Positions 10,761 to 24,060 of a stretch of DNA of 64,000 nucleotides are shown here, piece by piece. The DNA comes from Octopus vulgaris (lineage: Eukaryota): NCBI GenBank assembly GCA_951406725.2, contig OX597825.1, forward strand, positions 63,736,001 to 63,800,000, read 5' to 3'. A model generated the notes under the pieces. It was not told the DNA's origin and made no database searches. It saw only the letters and a program-made list of their open reading frames with translations. The first letter of the stretch is position 1, and each line of letters starts with the position of its first letter. The position numbers were made by a program, and so were the translations under genes.

Positions 10761-13700
10761 CATTTGATATTTTTATCCATAATAAAACAGTTAACACGAT
10801 ACAAAATCAAACAAATATCAGAAATCGAAACGGACTGTAATTTAAAGAATACATAATTTCAAATACTAAGAAATACAAAATAAAAACGAACTGATATTAT
10901 CCTCCATCACAAGATTGACTAACACGGAAAGTATGAACAAAAAACATCAAAACGGAAGGGAACCTGCTGAAAACTTACTATTCAAAGCGGAAACAGAACG
11001 CAAATGAAAATATAAAATGAAGAAATATGAGGGAAATATGTTAGGGATGGAAATTATTAAAATATATCTTCGTATTTGATATTATAAATACTACACCCAC
11101 CAATGAGAGAATGTAAGGTTTAAAAATGTGCCAAAGTGTGAATATATCCAACAAAGATTTAAAGAAAACAAGTTTAAGCATCTGTATCATATACAGAAAT
11201 ATTGTAATATATATAACATATAGTGTAGTTAAGAAGAAAAACGGTTTCTGTTTCGCATCTGTTGATAAAGGAATATTAAAACCAAAGGAAACAGCAAAGT
11301 AAACTTACGAAAATAGAAATCCCTCGGGAAATCAAGAATAAATGATACAAATGAAAATAATAAGTGCAGATAAATTATGCAGAAACAACATAATTCGAAA
11401 GAAAATATCCGCATTCGAAGAAGTCTGAAAGAAAAATACTTGTGAAATTGCGTGGGAAGAGCAACTTGAATCTTAGCAAATATCAAACAGATGTAATAGG
11501 GCCAACAACGGCTGCATTACAACTCAGGTAAAAATAGAATATCAACCAATGCAACGCGAATAGAACGATAAGAAGTGAGTGAAGGAATATACGTAGTAAA
11601 AGAAATATGATGAATGAGATTTTATTTTTAATAAAGGATACACTATCTTAGGAATTCAGGTTGACCATGCCAGCTGAATAAATAGTTACAGCTTTGGTGA
11701 AAACGAGCAGCGATTTAACATCGACACATACGATTATAATCGTGTGGCTAAAATATTTAAATTCTTATTAAAAATGTTAAATAACAATGTTACAGAGTCG
11801 GTGGAGTACTCTAACTGACTTCCTGAGTTGGAAATCATCTGGTCTGCGATGATGAAGGAACAGTGTTTCCTAAAAACTATCGATCCATAACCTGCCTTCT
11901 TGCAGACAACAAAACTGTAACTGTAATAATATCGCACTCTTCAGAAGAAGAGCAAAATGGTTTCAGTAACGCCACGCGTCGCTCTATGGATCCACAAAGC
12001 CTCACATACTTTCATCTTTTCTGGATTTCAAAGAATTTATGATTGAATGTGTATTAACAATATATAATAGTATACTGAAGAAGGAGCATGATATGAGAAA
12101 GCTCTTGACTTATTTAAACTTATATGGCCCTGCGAACATAAGCTATATTTAAGGTAACATTTATAATAAGCAGTTTTATTTAACATTCCATTAGTTTAAC
12201 AAACAATACTGCACCTATAAAAAACTCTGTGTGTTATAAAATGTAACACTTATCTCCATTAGAAAACATATATACCAAGGGAAACCATCACCATATCTTT
12301 ATGTTCTGATACTAATGTGTCGTGATAATTTAAGTGCAACAAGGCGCGGAAACGCTTTAAAACGTGCATCAAGTGTAATAGTTATAATTGCTTTATCAAA
12401 TAAGTTTTTTCTTGTTCATGTTGGGATAGTTATTAATTTTATCATTATTGATAGCATCCTAAGGGATAATCTAGTTACGTTATCAACACGCAGAAACGAT
12501 ATAACTTAATTTTTCCTGATCAAATTTTATCTCATTTTCCGTTGGTATAACTACTAATTTTATGAATATTGACACTGTCCCGTGGGTTAATCTAGTAATT
12601 TTATCAGAAAAATAATTTAATCAAGAAAATTATCAACGGGAAATGCACTACAAGTAAAGCGCTTAAATCTATGCGAGGAAATATCTCTAAGTTTGTTCCC
12701 ATGCGGGAAGGATCAACGTTATTCTCAACTATGTGTGGTGGTAAGCGCAACGCATACAACTTAATTTTGATGATAAAATATTTTTTCTTCTTTTCCCTTG
12801 TTGGCGCATCATATAATTTGAGAAATAATACAAAGATTATACCCGACTCAATTTTAGTAGTAAAAGCAACGGAGTGACGCTGCACCAACTGCCAATGATC
12901 ATATATTTAATGTAAATACACACTTAACTATGAAAAATGTTTCGGGTTTGTCAAACTAGACATGCTTCACTGCACATTGTAGAAATTATCAAAATATCTC
13001 ACGAAAAAATATCAATATTAATAAATTACTGGTGAAACTGATGGTAACAAAATAGGAAAAAATGATTCAAAATTTCAATAACAATTGATTATTAGATTTG
13101 TGGCCTATTACTACGCGATACCACGCTTTACTACGAGGTGAGAAGACTTTCTATGCATTGTGATGTGTTGGTGTGCATGGCTACACATTACTGTGCATCC
13201 ATAAAATTACGCTACTTATCTAACGAAAATACCGATATTCATAATCTGAAAAAGTTTAAAAAACCTACCAGATATCACATTTCTACATGTTGCTATGTGG
13301 ACATGCTATATATTCTACGAATTGATGGACACATTGTAACCAGCATGTTAAATATGTCTGTAGTTATGGAACAAGAAAGCATGTGTGCTATAATCAGTGA
13401 CAATTTGTAGATGACTAACAAAGCGCTCTATATTCCACATTAGAAACATTTAGATATGAAAACAATATGTTCCGATAGTACTTTATAGGGAGAAAAATAA
13501 CCCAAAACCACTAAGGTTGAGTTAATTAATGAAACATATACAATAAGCACAATTACTTGGGAGTCGCTGAAATAGATTCTATTTAATACATATAAATTAA
13601 GGGAAGAATTAGAAGGAATTAGGATAAGTGTATGTGAATGATCATAAAAAGGAGCAAAATGCAAACAAATATGTTAAAAGCAGAAATACTTTAGTTTCAT

Positions 13701-15040
13701 ACTTAGGTTTAATATTCGTAGAGGGGCATAAAATAGTTTAACAATACTATAATAAACATCAAGAATAATAGTTTTTCTACTATAATTACAAGATCTGAAA
13801 TTTAGTAGGAGGGGTGTATTCTGTTACATCGCTCCCAGTCTGTAACTTAAAATACGTCTTCGGCATGGAAACGATAAATGGCAAAGCTGGCCGTGACCGA
13901 TTTTGAACTTAGATGGCAAACGTGTAACCGATTTTATCAAACGTGTAACCGATTTTGCCAGCTTACCACACAAAAAGAGAAACTTAATTATTGAACCGAG
14001 AACATGACTAACAATCTGAAATATTATATAAGTCGGAATTTTACGTAAGTAGAATACTTATATAACACATTTACTGGTGGGATAAGAAATATATACTGTA
14101 AGTGAATACGGGGAAAATTAACATAAATATCTACAAAAAATATGAGCAAAACCCTAGAAAACTGTATTATCCCTTCAAGGACGATAAACAATGGAGAACA
14201 TAAGCTAAAATAACAGAGAAATCTACAAGAAACGAAAAACAATAGCAGGAATTGAAAAAGCCGTTACTTTAAATTGAAAATGAAACTAGAGAAGGCTGGT
14301 TAAAGCGATGAAAGAAAAGATATAATGGCCAAAACCTCGGATAGTAAACTTGAAAACAGGCAAAGAAAATTCACATCACGGCCTGAATATAAGCATAAAG
14401 CAACGTTAAGGGTGAAGGTAATTAATTGCTGCAATGGATCAAAACTTATATATCAGAATCCATAAATAGATCAAACCAAGCAGAATGAATTAAGAAACTG
14501 TCGAATATCTGAAAATGAATAAACATTGAAATGCATTTTCTCTAGAATTTCTTAGCCGTAAAAGATACATGAAATACATCCAGCGGTAAGACATATATTT
14601 GCTACACTTGATAATATGCTAGCATTAATGTATGTCAAAACAGGCGGCTAGAGAATGATAAAAGGATCATACTCGAAAATATGCAAATATGCAAAGCAGA
14701 GGCTCAAGCATAATCGAGTGCATATTGTTGAGTGCAACGGAAGAATAATGTGTTACCTCAGAACATTCTAGAACAATGGAAAAATCCAAAAGTCATAGAT
14801 CCAGAAAAAAGAAAAGTAGTACATGGATTATGGTAAAATGGGAACAATTCTTCAAAAATTAGGGGCCTTGACAAGAGTATAAAACTCAAGGACGCCGGTA
14901 GTTTAGTGTAAATTGTTAAATTGTTAGTATTGCACACACATTTTGCGTCCGTAATTAGCAGCATCTTGTGGAATGGTAAACATTCGCTAATGCAGAGAAA
15001 ATGGCATTTTATCACGTTGTCAGCTATAACCATCAGTCGA

Positions 15041-15431
15041 TGTGGAGGCGCAATGGCCCAGTGATTAGGGCAGTGGACTCGCGGTTGTAGGATCGCGGTT
15101 TCGATTCCGAGACCGGGCATTGTGAGTGTTTATTGAGCGAAAACACCTAAAGCTCCACGAGGCTCCGGCAGGGGATGGTGGTGATCCCTGCTGTACTCTT
15201 TCACCACAACTTTCTCTCACACTTTCTTCCTGTTTCTGTTGTACCTGTATTTCAAAGGGCCGGCCTTGTCACTCTCTGTGTCACGCTGAATATCCCAGAA
15301 AAATACGTTAAGGGTACACGTGTCTGTGGAGTGCTCAGCCACTTACACGTTAATTTCACGAGCAGGCTGTTCCGTTGATTCGGATCAACCGGACCCTTCA
15401 TCGTCGTAACCGACGGAGTGCAAAAGAAGAG
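15041..15431 (+). mobile_element. Full-length tRNA-derived SINE family B with 12-bp TSD
   Basis: TSD ACCATCAGTCGA at 15029-15040 and 15432-15443. Head GGAGGCGCAATGGCCCAGTG...GGTTTCGATTCC. Confidence 0.9.
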
Positions 15432-16175
15432 ACCATCAGTCGACGCATAAGAAAAATGTATCGTTATGTTGAGTCGTTAATGATTGGTTGCATTCAGCAA
15501 TTCAATATATATTTTGAGTTTCAATAAAATGGTTGAAGCTGATATTATTAAATAATCCCAACACATAGCTTTCGGTTGGTTTCTTTCTATTAAAGCATTA
15601 TGAAATAAAAAGGGAATGCAAAAATATAATTAATGTTGCTGATTGTTCATTTGTTACGATTTGTTATAGAAATAATGCACCTAAAACTGCACATTTGATG
15701 CCCGCTCATCATTAAAAATTCAAGAGGTTTATGTAACTTGGTCAAGGAAAACCCAGCCCCTTATAATTCAACAATTTCATAAATGCACTTTACTGCTGGG
15801 TAAAACTACAGAAAAGTATATTCCGTTACTTAATGTATCTTCTTTGGATTTGATGCCACATCTATTCCTCTTCGATGAATGGTTACTAGCAAAACTTACG
15901 GTTTCACAAGATTAGTTGTCGGAAATTGGAAATGTTTCAGGAGATAATCAAAGATGACATGTATCTGCAATATCAGCATTCATGAACATAAATAGTCAAA
16001 TTCTGATTGGTTCTCCAATATGAATATTCGATAACGACATCGGAAATACATAAAACAGTCTTACATTTGTCAACTCCATAGATTGGTGACACCGGTTCCT
16101 TTGCTATAAATATTATTAAGACGAGTTAATGATTTGTGCATTGTTCGGGCATGCCAGCGCGTAGATTGCACGATG

Positions 16176-16401
<226 letters not shown>

Positions 16402-16607
16402 GCATACATACATACATAAGGCGTTGTGAACCATGCAGACAAAAAATGTGAAAATGCTAAAGCTCTATTGACTAAGATATATTTTCTATTCTTTTATTAT
16501 TTTAATTGTTTCAGTCATTTGACTACGTCCATACTGGGGCACCACTTTTATATATATATATATATATATATATACAATATATATATATATATATATACAC
16601 AATTATG

Positions 16608-16638
<31 letters not shown>

Positions 16639-16761
16639 GTATGTATCTATCTTTGTACGTATGCACAGATAGACACACCACACAAACACACACACACAGG
16701 CACACATATTCACACACACTCACACGCACAAACACTCACACATAGACACATGTGCATGTGA

Positions 16762-17025
16762 GCGCATGTGTGGATCTGTGGTGAGATGTTTATCTCTCAA
16801 CTACACAGTTACGGGTTCAGTCCCACTGCGTTGCATTTTGGAATGGATTCAATAGTGTTTGACGGAGTCTGACAAAAGCCCTTAGTATATCTGTGCGTGT
16901 GTGCTTGTGTGAGTGTCTGTGTTTGTCCCCCAGCACTGCTTGACAACCGATGTTGATATGTCTACGTCCTCGTAATTTAATGAATCGGCAAAAGGGATCC
17001 AATATGATACAGCACTATATTTAAA
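16762..17025 (+). mobile_element. Diverged SINE family A
   Basis: GGGTTCAGTCCCACTGCG...TGTTTGTCCCC...GCTTGACAACCGATG. Confidence 0.7.
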
Positions 17026-17096
17026 ATATGAGGGATTATGTACTTTATGTACATTATTTACATTTGACGGAAATTTGTCTTAATCTTGTTTGATGT

Positions 17097-17143
17097 TAAT
17101 ACAACGTTTCGGCTGATATACCCTCCAGCCATCATCAGGTGTC
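17097..17143 (-). ncRNA. Minimal type I hammerhead ribozyme motif of the Penelope-like class
   Basis: Minus strand: GACAC-CTGATGA-T-GGCTG-GAGGGTATAT-CAGCC-GAAA-CGTT-GTATT. Intact core, 5-bp stem II, palindromic AACGTT stem III, stem I with one mismatch. Confidence 0.7.
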
Positions 17144-18231
17144 TTGGGGAAATTTCGAACCTGGGTATTTTCATAATTATCGCATCTCTTTCTAATTTTG
17201 CTCAATTCAGTGTGTGTAGAGTGTTTAGTGGGCAATAATGATGCGCGCAAACAGACAAATACACAAATATACAGATACATATTAACACATATACACACAC
17301 ACACATATACTCACACATAAATAAGGCTTGTCAGATATTTTCATTCATATCTGTTTGCGTAGAAAAGGTATGGCTTGTCGTCGACTGTATGTAGGTGAGA
17401 GAGTACATACATATGGTTCTTGGCTAATCTACTTTAGAGATTCATCTAATGCTGTAAAACAGAGAGAGAAAGAGAGAGAGAGTGAGAGTGAAAGAGAGAG
17501 CGAGACTGAGAGAGAGAGTGAAAGAGAGAGTGAGACTGAGAGTGAGAGAGAGTGTGAGAAAGAGAATGAGAGAGAGAGAGAGAGAGAGAGAATAAAAAAA
17601 ATGGTTCCATGAAACGTTGACCCACGTGGAAAATTCATACGATGAGAGTTAGCATTAGTTATTGGTGGCAGACAGCTATGTTCGCTATTTTAGTCCAGGT
17701 TTTCAAGGCAGGATTACTTACATTTGTTTTGCTTATCAGAATTGCTATAGAGCAAATGCTGTAGTCACTAATACTGAAATTTGAGATAATAACCTATTTG
17801 GAAAAAGAGAAATATACCTGGTATTTCTTTTATGACAATTGTTAAACATTGAAGGAATGCGCGGACTATAAATGTGATATTATTTGTTTAAGAGAACGGT
17901 AGCATGGTAATAAAGAAAAAGAGATGAAAAAAGAACGCTCTATACTTCAAAAATATTTAACTCCCGATAAATCACATGAGATAGATATGAGTATGAGAAT
18001 GATAATATATTCATTAATATCCGCAATTTGAAAGCATAACTTGTGTCCTCCTAACATTTCGTATAGTATGACAAATGGTATCTAGAATTGAATAGCACCT
18101 AAGTTGGAATAAACCTTGTGGATGAAAGACCTTTTCACAAGAATTGATAGTAATATTACTACTACAGTAGCTGACGCATTTGCACCAAGTTAACGTAGTA
18201 TTACATCTTTTTTGTGGTTTGTCAGTTTATA

Positions 18232-18432
18232 AGAGGGGTTGCTGAACGTTCCTGGCTATAAGAGCATCGCGAAAGGCCTGGTTGAAGGCCCAAACTCCCG
18301 AGTTCTTTTACGGGGTTAAGAATTACCGAAGGACTACTGCAATATGTATGTGAATCTGAGAGGGGAAAATCATAATTAACTGATCATCCTATATTTTCTA
18401 TTACCCAATGTCAGGAACTTTTGAGCACTGCG
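18232..18432. mobile_element. Short non-autonomous mariner-like element (MITE); partial second copy at about 60035-60125
   Basis: Degenerate TIRs TGCTGAACGTTCCTGGC / GTCAGGAACTTTTGAGCA. Internal GAAAGGCCTGGTTGAAGGCCCAA...CCGAGTT is shared with the 60070 region. Confidence 0.6.
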
Positions 18433-20567
18433 ATGACAGATTACCTAGATCACCAGTCAAACCGTTTCGTTACCGGGGACATGTTGATCTGAGACTAACA
18501 AAGCGAAGATTGTCTTGAAGTAGAAAATGTGAGTCAAAACACCAGATTTTTTCTGCTTAGTGTTATAAAGCCCACTCTAAAGAATCAACTATCAATGGTC
18601 TTGAAGATATATATCGCACATTATAAAATCCTAAACAATCAACCAAACTTCCAAATCGATGCTATCTCATATATTAAGTTTTAGTCATTCTTCAACATCT
18701 TGAACTTATTACGTACAAGTATAATTAAATCTATCTTGTCCCCAATCTCATTTAGTTTTCGGAAGCGAATATCTTTTTACCATTTATTGATTTTAATAGA
18801 GAGACTTCAGTTGAATTTATTTGTCTACAAGATCATCTCACTTTTAATATCACTTAAAATGTTCATTTTAATTTTAGTTGTTTTCCGCATATTTTTTTTG
18901 TTTTTCCTATTGACCTAGTCATTTTCCTTGTCGTCAATGTAACACTTGTTAATATTCCATCAGGAGAACTAATTCAATTTTCGGCACTTATTTTCTCAGG
19001 AAGGAGTAGGGAAAAATAGAAGACATAAAGCATTTTATTGTAATTCTTTTTCTTATTTAATAAATTATTATTGCTATATATATATACAAACATATTTATA
19101 TACATACATATGCGTGTCTGATCGATATACAAATTTGTTTGTGGTCGTGTGTATTCATTAAATGAATTTCAGTATGATTGTTATATTTCCGATACCATAT
19201 TTATGTTTTAACTTGACTATGTATGTTCGTACTTACATACACAAACACACGCAAAATAAGCTTACACATATTCACATATAGATGTGCGTCTACGTTTGTA
19301 TTTTCCACATTCCTCTTATGTGTATCTTATTCGATTTAATGCTAATATTGAATAATATTGTATTTATTTATTTACATTACAGACAGAAATGGAGTTTTAA
19401 AAAAATTACAAAAGAGCAATGACTGAGGTGTATTCTTGTTCGTGTTATTCCTCTAATGAAACCTTATTAAATTTCTTAGACTAGCATTATTTTAATTGGA
19501 AAATAGAAAAAAAATATCAGTGCGTCAGAATGGTATATTGTGTTCTCATCTAATCAAAAAAGAATTATCTGCGATGAAACATCTCAGTAAATACCTGCGT
19601 TATAAAGTTATATCATTATAAATACACTTGATATCACCACATCATTTGATCACAAGAATTTCCTTTGTTTTCTAATATTAGTTTTGCTCAAAAATGTAAC
19701 TACTTTGATCTATGTCAATAGTATTCTTCTGAAACGAAATTATACAATTACAGGAAGCCTCATTTTTTTACGTAGAGATTGGTTCTTTTTACTACTATTA
19801 TTCATGTTTATTTTTGTCATGTTTCAATATGCAAATAAATTGTTCCTCGGAAATGGATAAACCCATAAAATTGGTAAATATCATTCAAACTGGTGTAGAA
19901 GTAGCTTATTCTAGTTGTTTTTATATTTTTGTTTTAAATAATTATGTTACTTCTTGTGTTCTTTGTCTCATAAACATACAATGAGAAGGAAAAGCAGTAA
20001 TACGAAGGGGCGTTATTTTAAGACAATTTTAAGAAATTTAAAGCATATCAACTAAACATTATTCATTGCCATGTCTGTCGTGTTGTCTTGTACAAAGTTT
20101 GAAACACGGGGATTAATGGTACAAACTGTAAGGATATCGAGAAAATAACTGAACTGAGGAGATGAGAAATGGTGAACACCATGAAATACAATCGATGAAT
20201 TAATAGACTAACTTTTCCATTTCTTATTTTCAGCTGATTTCAGTTAAATGTAAAATATATGTGAACTGGACTGTGGCTGCATTTTAAAAGTGCAACTTCA
20301 ACCTTTATTTCTACTTATTCGTCCTAAAGCAAAATCGACACAATTATATATTCCACTTCATTGAATTACTTCTGCAGAAAATAGTGTTCAACAAGGTCTC
20401 CTGTACGCCGCTGACTAGTTAATATATTGAATATGACTGATCTCCAATAACTAAATAGCATTCTCTTCATAAACACTGCCATATTGTTAGATGGAACTTA
20501 ATTCTAAAGACAAGTAAGGTATTTTTAAAAATCTTAGATAGTTATGATATTTATGTATATGATCACG

Positions 20568-20950
20568 CCCGGCTGTGTGGCAAAAAACAGTACGCCAACC
20601 ACATGGTCCCGAGCTCAGTCCCATTGCTTGGCACCTTAAAGAAGTGTCTTCTGCTATATCCTCGGACCAACCAAAGCCTTGTCAGTGGATTTGTTACACG
20701 GAAACCCAAAGAACCCGTCGTGTATATGTGTGTATCGGCGTGTGTCTTTGCGTTTGTGTTTGTCTACCACCATCGCTTGACAACCAATGTTAGTGCATTT
20801 TCGTCCTCGTAATTTAGTGACCCGATTGAATAAGTATTAGGCTTTAAAAATAAGTACGAGGTTCGAGTCATTCGATTAGAAGTTTTGAATGTGGTACCCT
20901 GGCATGGCCAGTCTAACGATTGAAAGAAGTATGTTGTGAAAGACAAAAGA
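20568..20950 (+). mobile_element. SINE family A copy
   Basis: GGCTGTGTGG...CCAACCACATGG...GGCACCTT...CCAAAGCCTTGT...CATCGCTTGACAACC. Confidence 0.8.
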
Positions 20951-22065
20951 TTAAAGAATTCAGACTTTGCTGCTGGAGAATAACATTAGTAACTTACGAT
21001 TGCTTCTAGAGTTACTTTAAATCCAAAAACTTTTGTTAAATAAAATACAGTTATACTTAAGAATCTATTTGTGTCCGCCATAAACACCGACTTAACAATT
21101 TTTATTATGGAAATCTAAGCAATTTCTGGAATCATTTCATTACTATATCTAATGGTACTCTGCACACATATATGAATGTAGAATCTGCAGTTTAAGAAAA
21201 TTGGTGATAGCTTGTATCTGCAATAAAGAGTCCAATGATGTATTTAAAGCGAGAGTGTTTAGTTCATTTAGTTCGCATGATATAAGGATTGATAAATCTA
21301 ACATCTTTTGAAAGCGTTTTCTTTTGAAGGCAGTAGAGAGTCAGAGAGTCACGGAAAGATAGATGGTATATATAAAGACAAAGTTTGATAATAATTGGAA
21401 TGTGTAATCAAAATAAATCATTCTCTTCTCACATCATCAAGAAAATGAGCACTTCAATGCACAAAAGATATCATAACTCATACAACGTTTCTTTTGAAAT
21501 GGTTTTGCTTATATATTTTCTTGTTCTTTCGAATTCATGAAAAACAAAAGAAAACAAATATAGCCCTTCCTCTGTTTATACAATAGTTCACTACTTCACT
21601 AATTCGTGTGTAGAATAGAAACAAGATCAAGAAGAACATCAATAACCAAAGCGTTCATCAAATCTTAAAATCAACGTCCAGTGATAAGAGTTATTTTAAT
21701 TTCTCTTTCCATTGTTTTCATAGTGATATCCAGACGATTAAATGGAGTTCGTGCCTAGATTTTTCCATGATGTTAAACCTCCATGACAACATTTTATCTG
21801 ATATTAAATCGAGTATATTGTAGATTTTGCTTGGCAACATAATTCAAACAGAGAATATAATTTTCGCGTAAACTGTGATATGACTAACCTTTGTTCTAGG
21901 TATTTAACTGTAAGTCTTTCTTAACCAAATAAACCCAAGATCAATAATGTTCCAACCGTGCCAGCCCATTATATTTGATTACCGGAGATTACGTTGTCCA
22001 ATATATTTCTATTTCAAAAATGCAAGATGTAATTTTAGGGAGTTTTGGCTACTTATTTTTACAAG

Positions 22066-22314
22066 GATACATAATCGAATACAGGCGCCTCCAGGACGAA
22101 ATACAGAGATATTTATTCTGCTGTTATGTAACACCAGATCAACAGCTACTGAACAGTGATATGACAAAAATCATTGAAGTCAACCATGGCTTTCACCCGC
22201 CTTCCTATGTACAGGTAACATGGGACCACATTCGTTTACTCGCCATACAAGAGAGTGGATTCTGATTTGAGTAACAAATGGTTGTGTTTCTTGCAGATGC
22301 TTCGACCTCGTTGA
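22066..22314 (+). other. Candidate host exon pair (22066-22214 and 22297 onward)
   Basis: TTTTTACAAG|GATAC acceptor, open frame GYIIEYRRLQ...PPSYVQ, CAG|GTAACA donor, 82-nt intron, TTTCTTGCAG|ATG acceptor. No recognisable homology. Confidence 0.2.
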
Positions 22315-22788
22315 CATAAATGTTATTGATTTTCAAGAGAAGTGAAAATTAGTCTCCAGGCACGTATCTATTTACGCCTATTTGAAATAAGTATTGAAAT
22401 TGAAATATCTTAATGGAAATAAAAGTAAATTGGTTGAAAGTCAGAAATCATGATTCTTTCCAAATATTTTCAGGTTGGTAGGAATAAGTTAACTTTATCC
22501 TGCAATGGTCTGGTCTCAATAATTGCGAATGAGTGCAATTCACTATCAGAAGGTAGTATTGACCGAGGAGACTGAAAATGTATACTGTATAAGAATTGGC
22601 GATTACGTTGTTATGAGGCTAACTAAATTTTTCCGATTAACATACCATCAAATTACTTTTTTAAGCGTTCTGTTTCTAGAACTATATTCTAAAAAGTGAC
22701 CATCCATTTCGTTTACGAGATAGATTACTCCTTTAAGGAGATGTGAACTGCTCTGTCTGCTAGGTCGCAGCAAGAAAGCGTTATCAGT

Positions 22789-23197
<409 letters not shown>

Positions 23198-23642
23198 GAT
23201 TGGAAGTTAATACAACAGATTTGCTTGTCAGTTGTTTGACCGTAACCAGTTGAGCATGTCCCTTCGTGGCTGACGATATGTGCATCTCTGATCATGAGCA
23301 AATGTAGTGGGGGAGCATCATAGCCATGTGTTGAGTGGGATTTTTGGGGGTTTGAATAATTCACCTCTGGAAACATGGGTGTTTCGTTCAATATCCTTAA
23401 ACAACCCTTATTCAGGGACCTTTTGAGCGGTATGGGTTACTCGACCAGAAGAAAATTCTAACTGGGCCCCACCTGAAAGGTCATGTGCTGTTTATCTTGG
23501 TATGAAATCACCATGTCGCGCACATATGGTTGTGGTACATGTGCCTAGTGTACCCTCATCAAGCGGCTAGTCATGATGTGTATACTGGGCTTCGTATATT
23601 TGCCCCAGTGTTATTTTGATGGCATGCACTGCTCTCTTCCTC

Positions 23643-23696
<54 letters not shown>

Positions 23697-24060
23697 TGAT
23701 GCAGTACCAGGCACTGGCTCTCATGGCTTCTCTTCTTAACGTATTGGAACTGTTATTATGTACATGTTTTGCCTTGGTATAAAAGATGAGCTACAAAAAT
23801 ATTCTGCTCAATATCACAGATTTGCTTGTCGGTTGTTTGATTTTAACCAGTTGAGTATGTCCCTTAGTGGCTGATGACATGTGCGGCTCTGATCACGAGC
23901 AGAAACAATGGGAAAGCGTCATAGCCATGTGCTGAGAATAACTTTTGGTGGGGATTTGAATAATTCATCACTTGAAACATGTTTATTTCGTTCAACATCG
24001 ATAAACAACCTTCATTCAGGGACCGTTTGGACAAGATTGGCAACTCGTACAGAAAGAAAT
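23198..24060 (+). mobile_element. Two tandem partial copies of a (TAA)n-embedded interspersed repeat (23198-23643 and 23696-24060)
   Basis: Both share CAGATTTGCTTGTC.GTTGTTTGA...AACCAGTTGAG.ATGTCCCTT.GTGGCTGA. They are separated and flanked by (TAA)n. A third, inverted copy lies at 37440-37800. Confidence 0.8.

Noticed and set aside
15126-15378. Similar ORFs at 15.1 kb and 35.0 kb suggesting a duplicated gene
   Set aside because: They are chance frames inside family B SINE copies bounded by TSDs.
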